A DNA stretch of 64,000 nt from assembly GCF_947498095.1 (NCBI RefSeq), contig NZ_CANMJE010000012.1:10029-74028 (forward strand). Direction: 5' to 3'. Positions within the stretch are counted from its first letter, which is position 1. Each line of letters begins with the position of its first letter. A model generated the notes under the pieces. It made no database searches, was not told the DNA's origin, and was given only the letters and a program-made list of their open reading frames with translations. The stretch is from an uncultured Shimia sp. (GTDB taxonomy: Bacteria; Pseudomonadota; Alphaproteobacteria; Rhodobacterales; Rhodobacteraceae). Made by a program: the position numbers and the translations under genes. Below are positions 55,124 to 64,000 of this stretch, in pieces.

Positions 55124-55912
55124 ATGTCTGAAGATGTGCTTGTAAATTACTCGGTCGACGGCCACGTCGCGACGATTCAGCTTAATCGGCCCAAGGCCAT
55201 GAACGCGCTGAACCATGCTTTGCGCATGGCCATTCGCGAGGCTCAGGCCAAAGCAGAAGCCGACGAAAATGTACGTGTGATTGTGCTGACCGGCTCTGGC
55301 AATTCATTCACTTCGGGTACCGATCTGAAAGAGCTTGGGGATTTCATGACCAAAAAGGGCATGTTCGACATCTCCGTGCGTGACTACAAGCCGATCCTTG
55401 ATGGGATCTCAAAAAGCGTCAAGATTTACGTCGCCGCGATCAACGGTGTTGCCGGCGGAGTCGGTCTGTCGATCGCTCTGACCTGTGATTTGGCTATCAT
55501 GGCACAAAGCGCCACCTGTTTCGCGCCATTTACCAATATCGGCCTTGTACCGGACGGCGGCCTTAGCTGGTTGTTGTTGCAGCACATGGGATCAAAACGC
55601 GCCTTTGCCGCTATTGCCGAAGCCGAGCATATCGATGCGGCGACCTCGCTTGATTTAGGTATCGTGAACAAGCTGTCCCCTGACGAAACGGTGCTGGCTG
55701 ACGCTCAGGCCTGGGCGGCAACACTGGCAGATCGGGCGCCGCTGAGTCTTGGATACAGCAAACAAATCATGCGCGCGGCACATACCCAAAGCCACGACCA
55801 GATCGCGTTGATGGAAAGCGAATACCAAATGAAATGTGCCAACTCTGAGGATTCTGGAAACGCGATTGCAGCGTTCCTGACCAAGCAGAAACCGGTGTTC
55901 AAAGGGCGCTAA
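55124..55912 (+). CDS. Enoyl-CoA hydratase/isomerase family protein
   Basis: LNRPKAMNAL, FTSGTDL, AINGVAGGVG, IGLVPDGG. Confidence 0.92.
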   Translation: MSEDVLVNYSVDGHVATIQLNRPKAMNALNHALRMAIREAQAKAEADENVRVIVLTGSGNSFTSGTDLKELGDFMTKKGMFDISVRDYKPILDGISKSVKIYVAAINGVAGGVGLSIALTCDLAIMAQSATCFAPFTNIGLVPDGGLSWLLLQHMGSKRAFAAIAEAEHIDAATSLDLGIVNKLSPDETVLADAQAWAATLADRAPLSLGYSKQIMRAAHTQSHDQIALMESEYQMKCANSEDSGNAIAAFLTKQKPVFKGR

Positions 55913-56013
55913 TTGGCGTTGATGTCGCAAGACCGAACTTGCGCTTGCTTTCTGATGGCTGGGTGTGAAAGTTGATGCATTACCCATCTGCCTGACGAAT
56001 TAGCGCTGAGAGA

Positions 56014-56865
56014 ATGTCCGCGATGTCGCAAGTGCCGATCTACTTTATCAACCTCGACCGGTCGCCAGACCGGGCTGCGTTCATGCAGGCTGGTTTGAAA
56101 GCGCAGGGTCTTTGGGGCCAAAGTCATCGCGTGAATGCGATCGACGCTAAAGCCGACGACTACCGAGATGCGTTTTATCGCAATTTGGCGTCGCGTTGCT
56201 GGAGTTTGAACCCCTCGCTTGCGGCGTGCACGGAAAGCCACCGCCGCGCCTGGTCGATGTTTCTGGAAACCGACGACGAAATTGCTTTGTTCTTAGAGGA
56301 CGACGTCGTGTTCGCGCCCCGGTTTGCCGAGACTCTGCAAGAGATTGTTCAAAACGCGTCTGAATTCGAGTGCATCAAGATCGATGGGAACCCGTTTCGG
56401 ATGCGTGTTGGGCCGCCCATTGCATGCGGACGCACGTCCTTGCGCGCTTTGCTCGGGGTGACGTTCAGTTCAGCAGCGTATCTACTCACGCGCCAAGGCG
56501 CCAAGCGTATGTTGCAGGATACAGAACGCTACAACCTGGCCATTGACCTGGAAAAATTCAGACCCCGCTCGGGTTGGAGAATGTTCGTTTCAGACCCGTC
56601 GATTTGTGTTCAGGGAATGTTGATCAATGCCGTCGAAGGCAGCGAGTTGCCCGAAGAAATTCTCGCCAGTATCCGGCACGATAATGCGTCGTGGCATGAC
56701 GACCCCGGACCCGAACCCGCTTGGTGGACACTCAAAAACAAGGTTCAACGCCAACTGACGCAAAAACTGCCAGATGCGTTGTGGCGTAAGCGGCGTCTCG
56801 TCAAGTCGGGCGGTGGTATTCAGAAAATTCCACTTCAGGATAGTTTTGCCCCGTTTCGCTGGTAG
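56014..56865 (+). CDS. Glycosyltransferase family 25
   Basis: IYFINLDRSPDR, CTESH, LEDDVVF, SAAYLLTRQGA. Confidence 0.88.
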   Translation: MSAMSQVPIYFINLDRSPDRAAFMQAGLKAQGLWGQSHRVNAIDAKADDYRDAFYRNLASRCWSLNPSLAACTESHRRAWSMFLETDDEIALFLEDDVVFAPRFAETLQEIVQNASEFECIKIDGNPFRMRVGPPIACGRTSLRALLGVTFSSAAYLLTRQGAKRMLQDTERYNLAIDLEKFRPRSGWRMFVSDPSICVQGMLINAVEGSELPEEILASIRHDNASWHDDPGPEPAWWTLKNKVQRQLTQKLPDALWRKRRLVKSGGGIQKIPLQDSFAPFRW

Positions 56866-56876
56866 CGAGACGGGCT

Positions 56877-57449
56877 CTAACGATTGGCACCGGGCACCCA
56901 AAGCACGTCGTCCTTGCCGTCGTTGTTTGCGATACGTGAAGCTACAAAAAACCAATCAGATAAACGGTTTAGATAGGTCACAACGTGCGCGTTGACCTCT
57001 TCAGCTTCGGCCAGTTCCGTGGCCAGACGTTCGGCCCGACGCGCGACCGTTCTGCACAAATGCAGATGTGCTGCCAATGCTGAGCCACCAGGCAGGATAA
57101 AGCTGCGCAAGGGCTCTAGGTTTGCGTTCATCACGTCGATTTCTGCCTCAAGCCGTTTGACCTGGCTTTCGACCATGCGCAAAGGCGGATATTCGGCCGT
57201 GCTGTCTGCGGCAAGGTCCGGGCGGCACAGGTCAGCTCCAAGGTCGAACAGGTCGTTCTGGATCGCGGACAACTGGTTGTCCATGTCTCCCGCGGCGTGC
57301 AAGCGCGCCATTCCCACGGTCGCATTCAACTCGTCCGACGTGCCATAGGCATTCACGCGGGCATCGTGTTTGGCAACGCGATTGCCGTTGCCCAATGCGG
57401 TTGTGCCCTTGTCACCGGTGCGGGTGTAAATTTTGTTCAGAACAACCAT
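56877..57449 (-). CDS. pduO: ATP:cob(I)alamin adenosyltransferase (PduO type)
   Basis: KIYTRTGDKGTT, AYGTSDELN, QNDLFDLGADL, FILPGG, RTVARRAER, YLNRLSD. Start moved to 57449. Confidence 0.95.
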   Translation of the reverse strand: MVVLNKIYTRTGDKGTTALGNGNRVAKHDARVNAYGTSDELNATVGMARLHAAGDMDNQLSAIQNDLFDLGADLCRPDLAADSTAEYPPLRMVESQVKRLEAEIDVMNANLEPLRSFILPGGSALAAHLHLCRTVARRAERLATELAEAEEVNAHVVTYLNRLSDWFFVASRIANNDGKDDVLWVPGANR

Positions 57450-57453
57450 GACT

Positions 57454-57672
57454 TCAGCTCCCGCTTCGCAGCCAGACAAACAACAGGATCAATGCAACGG
57501 CCACGGCCTGTGCAGCAATTCGCCAACGCATCAAGCGATTGGCATGTTTTCGATTGAAATCGCCGCCTTTGGCAAATCCTCCGATCCCGACCATCAAAAT
57601 GGCCGCAACGCCAAGGGTGGCAACAGCGACAACCCAAAACAGCGGGTCACTGGCAAGGCCGGAAGGGTTCAT
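57454..57672 (-). CDS. Twin-transmembrane-helix small protein (HIG1-like)
   Basis: Two TM segments; NRLMRWRIAAQ motif. Confidence 0.88.
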   Translation of the reverse strand: MNPSGLASDPLFWVVAVATLGVAAILMVGIGGFAKGGDFNRKHANRLMRWRIAAQAVAVALILLFVWLRSGS

Positions 57673-57736
57673 GATTCTACTCCGTTTGGCGGTTTCGACC
57701 TGTTTCTAGGCCTATGGCCGTGGATTTAACAGCGTT

Positions 57737-58570
57737 TCAGCCCTTGGCAATGAGCCAGTCGAGAATTCGTGTTGGCAACAGACGCCGACCAAAGTTTGAA
57801 ATATAGGTCGGCGTGGTCACGAAATAGCGCGGATGCGGCTTTCGGGACTCCAGCGCATGGGACAGTTTCTTGGCTACGGCAGAAGCGGGCAGCTCAAAAG
57901 GGTCGGGCCCTTTGTCCGTGTCATAGAGCCGTTTCAAAAGGCTGTCGCGGTACTGCTCGGCACGCGGCGACGCCTCCCAATTGATCCAGCGCTCAAAATG
58001 CGGAACTGAATTTTCGCGAATTTTTGTCCTGATCGGGCCGGGTTCGATCAACACAATGTGGATCGGCGTGTCGCGCATCTCGATACGCAGCGTGTCCGTC
58101 AGCCCTTCAATGGCGTATTTCGTGGCCGCATAAGCACCTCGCCAGGGATAAGTGACAAAGCCCAGAACAGACGAGTTTTGCACGATGCGCCCATGTCCTT
58201 GTGCCCGCATGACCGGGATCACCGCATTGGTCAGTTCATGCCAGCCGAACACGTTGCTCTCAAAAATCTCACGCAAGGCATCCGTGGGCAGGTCTTCCAT
58301 TGCCCCCGGAAGTCCATGCGCGCCGTTGTTGAACAGCGCATCCAGAGTGCCACCAGTGGCCTCTAGCACTTCATTCAACCCCGCATGAATGCTGGCCGTG
58401 TCCTGATAGTCGATCCTGGGGCTGTCAAAGCCTTCGGCGCGCAGCCGATCACAGTCTTCTTGGCTGCGGCACGAGGCAAAAACGCGCCAGCCACGATCAC
58501 GCATTTCATGCGCTGAACTGTGTCCAATACCCGAGGAACACCCGGTGATAAGCAGTGATTTCTCGGCCAT
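57737..58570 (-). CDS. SDR-family oxidoreductase
   Basis: TGCSSGIG, NNG, YAATK (YxxxK), EPGPI. Confidence 0.93.
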   Translation of the reverse strand: MAEKSLLITGCSSGIGHSSAHEMRDRGWRVFASCRSQEDCDRLRAEGFDSPRIDYQDTASIHAGLNEVLEATGGTLDALFNNGAHGLPGAMEDLPTDALREIFESNVFGWHELTNAVIPVMRAQGHGRIVQNSSVLGFVTYPWRGAYAATKYAIEGLTDTLRIEMRDTPIHIVLIEPGPIRTKIRENSVPHFERWINWEASPRAEQYRDSLLKRLYDTDKGPDPFELPASAVAKKLSHALESRKPHPRYFVTTPTYISNFGRRLLPTRILDWLIAKG

Positions 58571-58638
58571 GTACCCGCCCTTGCTCTTGCCACGACCTAG
58601 CTAGGGCGAATTGCGCGTGTGGGCAAGCGCCGCGAAGG

Positions 58639-59247
58639 TTACTCGACCTTGGTCAACAGCTTTGCCGACATCCAGCCGACCCTGCCGCCGTCAACCACCC
58701 GCAGCTTGACCCAGCCGTTGTCGGGCTCTCGCAAAACCACGACTTGATCGCCGCGCTCCAGCTTAGCCAACACACTATAGCTGGTGCCGGGGCCGCCGCG
58801 CATGTTCACACGTTTCGCTTTCACGGTGCGCAAATCAGGCTTTTCCACAGGCTGAACCGCCGGGTTTTGCGGTTCCGAAGAGGGTTCCGGGCCGATCCGG
58901 GTACGGTAGACTTCGGGCGTGGGGGTCGGGGTCGAAAAAAGGTTCTGACGACGCGCCAGTGGTGGGGTTTCAACAAATGCGGCTTCTGTCAGCACAGCCT
59001 CCGTGGTCGACAAATCCAACGATGCCAGTTGCACAGCGGCGCGCGTATCTTCTTGACCTTGCAGCTTTTGCGCGCGCGCGGCTTTGAGGGTGCGTTGTTC
59101 CTGTTCGGCAGCTTTCGCGCGTTTCGCTTGCTGCGCCTTGTGTTTGGCAATCCGGGCGGGCTCTTCTGGGACAAAGTTTTTGCCGCCGCTCAATTCATAA
59201 AATGCCCAGCCCATAAAGATCAGACTTAGCAGGATAAACTTTTTCAT
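58639..59247 (-). CDS. Bacterial SH3-domain protein
   Basis: N-terminal TM/signal, linker, then VNMRGGPGTSY...GWVKLR...GWMSAKLL. Confidence 0.88.
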   Translation of the reverse strand: MKKFILLSLIFMGWAFYELSGGKNFVPEEPARIAKHKAQQAKRAKAAEQEQRTLKAARAQKLQGQEDTRAAVQLASLDLSTTEAVLTEAAFVETPPLARRQNLFSTPTPTPEVYRTRIGPEPSSEPQNPAVQPVEKPDLRTVKAKRVNMRGGPGTSYSVLAKLERGDQVVVLREPDNGWVKLRVVDGGRVGWMSAKLLTKVE

Positions 59248-59404
59248 TCGGAACCCCCCGGTACACACACGTACAGACATCAATGATCAAAAAAAATCGT
59301 AGGGCAGGTATCTCAGTTTGCGCGATTTCAGTTAATGGAAAAAAACCGCGAGTTTTCCCCGTCGCTTGCTTTACCGTCCGGAATCCAGCGGGTACACCAA
59401 GCCT

Positions 59405-61744
59405 ATGAATGACCTGATCGATGACGATACCCCCATTGGTGAAGTGACCGAGCCGCTGCGCCGCGCCATTGGCGAGCGCTATCTGACCTATGCGCTCAGC
59501 ACGATTATGCACCGCGCCCTTCCGGATGCCCGCGACGGCTTGAAACCGGTGCACCGCCGCATTCTTTATGCCATGCGGGAGTTAAAGCTGGCCTCAAGCG
59601 GCGGGTTCCGTAAATCGGCTAAGATCTCGGGCGACGTGATGGGCAACTATCACCCCCATGGCGACGCGGCGATCTATGATGCGATGGCGCGTCTGGCGCA
59701 GGATTTCAACGTGCGTTACCCGCTTGTCGACGGGCAGGGTAACTTTGGCAATATCGACGGCGATAACCCGGCAGCGAGCCGTTATACCGAGGCGCGTATG
59801 ACCTCGGTCGCCGAGGCGATGTTGCAGGGTCTGAACGAAAACGCAGTTGATTTCCGCGAGAATTATGACGGGACGTTGAGCGAACCTGTGGTTCTGCCTG
59901 CGACTTTCCCAAACCTCTTGGCCAACGGATCCAGTGGCATTGCTGTTGGGATGGCGACCAATATCCCGCCGCATAATATCGCCGAGCTGTGCGACGCCTG
60001 CCTGCACATGATCAAGGTTCCGGATGTCCGCGACGACACGTTGCTGAACTATGTCAAAGGTCCGGATTTCCCAACCGGTGGCGTGATTGTCGAGCCGCCA
60101 GAAAGCATGGCGCAGACTTACCGCACCGGGCGCGGTAGCTTCCGGCTTCGGTGTAAATACGAGGTCGAAGATCTGGGGCGCGGGCAGTGGCAGATCGTCG
60201 TCACCGAGATCCCCTATCAGGTGCAGAAATCCAAGCTGATTGAGAAGATTGCCGAGCTGATCCAGACCAAAAAGGTCCCGATCCTTGGTGATGTGCGCGA
60301 CGAAAGCGCCGAAGATATTCGCCTGATCCTTGAGCCGCGCTCAAAGAACGTCGATCCCGAGGTCCTGATGGGCCTGATGTACCGCAATAGCGATCTGGAA
60401 GTGCGGTTCAGCCTGAACATGAACGTGCTGATTGACGGGGTCACGCCCAAAGTCTGCAGCATGAAAGAGGTCCTGCGCGCCTTTCTTGATTTCCGCCGCG
60501 AGGTGCTGATCCGTCGGTCGAAACACCGGATGGACAAGATCGACCATCGCCTTGAGGTGCTCGAAGGGTTCATCATCGCGTTTTTGAACCTTGATCGGGT
60601 GATCGACATCATCCGTTACGACGACGCGCCAAAACAGGCGTTGATGGCCGAAGACTGGGGCCGGGATCATACCCGTGCCACCTCTGAGCGCGACTATGTT
60701 TCGCCTTTGCCAAGCGATGGTGAGGGTGAGCTTTCCGAAGTGCAGGCCGAGGCGATCCTGAACATGCGCCTGCGGTCCCTGCGCCGCCTGGAAGAGCTGG
60801 AGCTGATCCGCGAGCAGGAAGAGTTGATGGCCGAACGTGCGGAACTCGAGGATCTCTTGGAAAGCGAAAGCCTGCAGTGGGCCCGTATTTCCGACCAGTT
60901 GAAAGAGGCCAAAAAGGTCTTTGGCAAAGACTATGAAGGCGGTGAGCGCCGCACAGTATTTGCCGAGGCTGGAGAAGTCGAGGACGTGCCACTTGAAGCG
61001 ATGATCGACAAGGAACCGATCACTGTTGTGTGCTCGCAAATGGGTTGGATTCGCGCCATGTCAGGCCATATCGACCTGACCCGCGAGTTGAAATTCAAGG
61101 ACGGCGACGGTCCGCGTTTCATCTTCCACGCCGAAACCACGGACCGGTTGCTGGTGTTCGCGTCGAACGGACGGTTTTACACTCTCAGCGCGGCAAATCT
61201 TCCAGGTGGGCGCGGCATGGGGGAACCCCTGCGCCTGATGGTCGATTTGCCCAATGAGGTCGAGATAGTCGATATCCTGATCCATGACCCCGAGCGCAAG
61301 CTCTTGGTTGCCTCCAGCGCCGGAGACGGCTTTGTCGTGGCCGAAAAAGACGTCATCGCCCAGACCCGCAATGGCAAACAGGTACTGAACGTCAAAGACG
61401 ATGCCCGCGCCAAGATTTGTATTCCGGTTGAGGGTGACCATGTGGCGGTGGTGTCTGAGAACGGCAAGTTCCTTGTGTTCCCGACTGCAGACTTGCCCGA
61501 GATGGGGCGTGGCAAAGGCGTGCGCATCCAGAAATACAATCAGGCCCGCGGTCGTCAGGGGACACTTGAGTTGGACGGCGGCCTCTCTGATCTTGTCACC
61601 TTCAACCTTGAAGAGGGCCTGAAGTGGGAGATGGGCGGCGGTAAAACCCGGCACGAACCTGACATGCGTGACTGGATCGGCAAACGCGCCGGCGTGGGCA
61701 AGAAAGCCCCCTATGGATTCCCGCGCAACTACCGGTTCCGCTAA
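59405..61744 (+). CDS. parC: DNA topoisomerase IV subunit A
   Basis: RALPDARDGLKPVHRRIL, KSAKISGDVMGNYHPHGD, AASRYTEARM (catalytic Tyr). Start moved to 59405. Confidence 0.96.
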   Translation: MNDLIDDDTPIGEVTEPLRRAIGERYLTYALSTIMHRALPDARDGLKPVHRRILYAMRELKLASSGGFRKSAKISGDVMGNYHPHGDAAIYDAMARLAQDFNVRYPLVDGQGNFGNIDGDNPAASRYTEARMTSVAEAMLQGLNENAVDFRENYDGTLSEPVVLPATFPNLLANGSSGIAVGMATNIPPHNIAELCDACLHMIKVPDVRDDTLLNYVKGPDFPTGGVIVEPPESMAQTYRTGRGSFRLRCKYEVEDLGRGQWQIVVTEIPYQVQKSKLIEKIAELIQTKKVPILGDVRDESAEDIRLILEPRSKNVDPEVLMGLMYRNSDLEVRFSLNMNVLIDGVTPKVCSMKEVLRAFLDFRREVLIRRSKHRMDKIDHRLEVLEGFIIAFLNLDRVIDIIRYDDAPKQALMAEDWGRDHTRATSERDYVSPLPSDGEGELSEVQAEAILNMRLRSLRRLEELELIREQEELMAERAELEDLLESESLQWARISDQLKEAKKVFGKDYEGGERRTVFAEAGEVEDVPLEAMIDKEPITVVCSQMGWIRAMSGHIDLTRELKFKDGDGPRFIFHAETTDRLLVFASNGRFYTLSAANLPGGRGMGEPLRLMVDLPNEVEIVDILIHDPERKLLVASSAGDGFVVAEKDVIAQTRNGKQVLNVKDDARAKICIPVEGDHVAVVSENGKFLVFPTADLPEMGRGKGVRIQKYNQARGRQGTLELDGGLSDLVTFNLEEGLKWEMGGGKTRHEPDMRDWIGKRAGVGKKAPYGFPRNYRFR

Positions 61745-61764
61745 GGGGCCTGTCCTCTCGTCTT

Positions 61765-62087
61765 TTGAAGACCAAGCGTTTGCGAGGCGCGCAATACAGC
61801 GAGGCCGCCGAAACCGAAGTCGATGACCGTGCACTAGAGATGTTGCTACAGGCCAAGCACTAGAGATGTTGCTACAGGCCAATGTCGCCCCTTCGGTGAT
61901 CTCGGATCTGTTCGCACGCATGGTCGATGATCACGGGGGCACGGCAGGGCTCGCTTCGCACTTCCTGAGCCGCCTGCAGATGAGTGATCGCATCTCTGCG
62001 GCCAGGGATGCCACATCTGCGACCTTTGTCGGTGAACCTATCCTTAATGAAACGGAATGGCAGGCTCTGCGCGCGGTCTGCGACTAG
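61765..62087 (+). pseudogene. Small hypothetical gene interrupted by a 26-bp tandem duplication
   Basis: Removing one repeat copy gives an open 98-aa frame (TTG 61765 to TAG 62087). With both copies the frame stops at TAG 61861-61863. Confidence 0.6.
61831..61882 (+). repeat. Perfect 26-bp tandem duplication
   Basis: GCACTAGAGATGTTGCTACAGGCCAA at 61831-61856 and 61857-61882. Confidence 0.97.
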
Positions 62088-62090
62088 GGT

Positions 62091-63443
62091 TCACACGGGC
62101 GTGGCCGTCAGCCAGACGCCGGTATCCGGGCGCAAGGTCAGGATCATCACCGGCTTGGGTGGGCGACCAGGCACAAGCTCAAAGCGAGACTTCTGCAGCA
62201 GCTTGGCAAGGATCAGTACCGATTCCTGAATCGCAAAACTGGCGCCGATGCAAATGCGCGGCCCATCTCCAAACGGCAAATAAGCATAACGATCCACCGG
62301 GTCTTTGTCGGCAAAGCGGTCAGGGCGAAAGGCGTTTGGCTCCTGCCACAGCTGGTGATGGCGATGCAGGGCGTAGACCGGGATCATCACAGTGTCGCCG
62401 GGTTTGATCTCGCGTCCGCACAGGGTATCCGCCTCTGTTGCAGTGCGCGACAGGATGCCGGCCGGAGGATAAAGCCGCAGTGCCTCGTCGACGATCTGGC
62501 GGACATAGGTCAGCTTGCCAATCATCTCGCCAGTGATCGGACCTTCGCCACACACACGGATGATTTCGGCTCTCGCTCGCTCCTGGACCTCCTGGTCAAA
62601 GGAGCAAAGGTATAGCGACCACGCCAGAGTCAGAGCTGTGGTTTCATGTCCGGCCACGATAAAGGTCAAAAGATTGTCGCGCAGTTCTGATGTGTTCATG
62701 GCGCGCTTGGTTTCCGGATCAACGCCTGCCAGCAACAGGTCCAAAAGATCAGGGATGTCACTTGCGCCCCGCGCCCGCCGTGCCTCAATCGCCTGATCGG
62801 CCACAGATTTCATCTGCTGGACAACCGGACCTGAGAACATGCGCGACGGTCTTGGCAGCCAATCAGGCAGCCCCAGCATATCCATCAACGAGACCCGACC
62901 GGCGGCACCGATATAGGCATCAATCGCCCGGTGGACGGCCTCTGCGTCAAAAGCGCCTTCGCCCGAGAACGTCACCTCTGAGATCACATCAAACGTGGTG
63001 CGAACAGTCTCTTCCAGCAAGTCGATTGCGCGATCTCCCGCCGAAGCGATGCGCGCAGCGCTGCGATCCGCGGCCGCCGCCATGATGGGGGCCAGCGCCT
63101 GAACATTGCGGTGCGAAAACACTGGGGCTGCGGCCCGACGCTGCCAGCGCCAATGGGCGCCTTCTGCAACAAACAAGCTGTCACCAATCGCTGGTCGCAG
63201 GATATTCTTGGTCGCACGGGACTTGGGATAATTGTCGACTTTTTCCAAGAGAACACGGCGAATTGCTTCGGGATCCATCACCATGTGCCAGCGTATCCCG
63301 GTGCGGCCCGAGACCATGGGCTGGCGCACAGCCAGTTCCGGTAGAATCTCCAAAAGATTGCGCCGCGCTGCCTTTAACGACCGCATGATCCCCAAGGGTT
63401 CTGTGGCAAATGGTACATAGGCGGGCAGGGATGGATCGTGCAT
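62091..63443 (-). CDS. Cytochrome P450
   Basis: AGHETT (I-helix), EALRLYPP (ExxR), PFGDGPRICIG (heme Cys). Confidence 0.96.
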   Translation of the reverse strand: MHDPSLPAYVPFATEPLGIMRSLKAARRNLLEILPELAVRQPMVSGRTGIRWHMVMDPEAIRRVLLEKVDNYPKSRATKNILRPAIGDSLFVAEGAHWRWQRRAAAPVFSHRNVQALAPIMAAAADRSAARIASAGDRAIDLLEETVRTTFDVISEVTFSGEGAFDAEAVHRAIDAYIGAAGRVSLMDMLGLPDWLPRPSRMFSGPVVQQMKSVADQAIEARRARGASDIPDLLDLLLAGVDPETKRAMNTSELRDNLLTFIVAGHETTALTLAWSLYLCSFDQEVQERARAEIIRVCGEGPITGEMIGKLTYVRQIVDEALRLYPPAGILSRTATEADTLCGREIKPGDTVMIPVYALHRHHQLWQEPNAFRPDRFADKDPVDRYAYLPFGDGPRICIGASFAIQESVLILAKLLQKSRFELVPGRPPKPVMILTLRPDTGVWLTATPV

Positions 63444-63565
63444 TTTGGCCTCCGTCCATTACAACATAGGCGCACGACCTTGGCGGGACAAATCGCAGGC
63501 CCGTTGCAGTGGCAGTTGGCATGCGGTATTGCCCAATACAGAGTTGCCTTTAAGGACCCCTGCAC

Positions 63566-64000
63566 ATGCTTCGTATTGCGATTTTGTTAACTGCCTTCTG
63601 GGCGCTGGCCTCCTGCGCAGTTCCGACAACCAAAGTCGAAGATGAAATGCTTGATCTGGGGGATTTTGCGCTGGGCCACAATATTGTCGTGGCCCCCAAC
63701 ATTCAAAAAGGCCCTCTGTCACGAGATGCCAGCGCGGAACGCTGGATCGCCTCGGTCAAGTCAGCCATTGATGCGCGCCTTGGCCGTTACGAGGGCGAAC
63801 GCCTTGTGCATCTTGGCGTGAATGTCGGGGGGTACGTCCTGGCGCAACCCGGTGTGCCGCTCTTGATGTCGCCGAAATCTGTTTTGGGGATCACAGTTAC
63901 GGCCTGGGACGACCGTGCGGGCAAGAAATTTAACGAAGAACCCAAGGAAATCTTTGTTCTTGAAAGTATTTCCGGCGGAACACTTGTTGGGACGGGCTAC
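63566..64000 (+). CDS. Hypothetical lipoprotein (runs off the window end)
   Basis: Not in the ORF track because it has no stop in the window. MLRIAILLTAFWALAS-C lipobox, then DLGDFALGHNIVVAP..., open to 64000. Confidence 0.8.
   Translation, partial: MLRIAILLTAFWALASCAVPTTKVEDEMLDLGDFALGHNIVVAPNIQKGPLSRDASAERWIASVKSAIDARLGRYEGERLVHLGVNVGGYVLAQPGVPLLMSPKSVLGITVTAWDDRAGKKFNEEPKEIFVLESISGGTLVGTGY

Noticed and set aside
56866-57740. Cobalamin riboswitch near pduO
   Set aside because: The intergenic gaps are too short and no B12-box was seen.

Overview
Chromosomal window of a Roseobacter-group alphaproteobacterium (Rhodobacteraceae), inferred from gene content and order. Core blocks: leuC/mscS/rsfS/rlmH; rplA-rplK-nusG...secE; DUF599/glcDEF/protease/ibpA; ECF sigma-vWA; gabD; pckA/chvI-chvG-hprK-rapZ-EIIA-HPr; hbd/etfAB/pduO; parC. 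Accessory or unusual parts: (i) an AraC plus arylsulfatase cassette sits between secE and nusG, and both genes are broken (in-frame TAA; 1-nt frameshift); (ii) only the 3' half of tRNA-Trp is present (att-like), followed by a ~4 kb decayed island (internally deleted IS3-family element, orphan small proteins, YcbB-type L,D-transpeptidase) that ends in a structured recombination-site-like repeat; (iii) a TetR-controlled ABC/acyl-CoA ligase/paired ACAD cluster includes an uncharacterised Mo-bisPGD enzyme. The best hidden signals are a probably leaderless 28-aa uORF upstream of leuC, a promoter-proximal terminator-like hairpin in the nusG leader, two tandem unknown membrane proteins next to secE that share a helical-hairpin domain and carry ChvI-like 11-bp-phased boxes, and GTAG-type REP copies at the 3' ends of apparently inserted genes. 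All calls come from reading the sequence and recalling family motifs; no searches were run.
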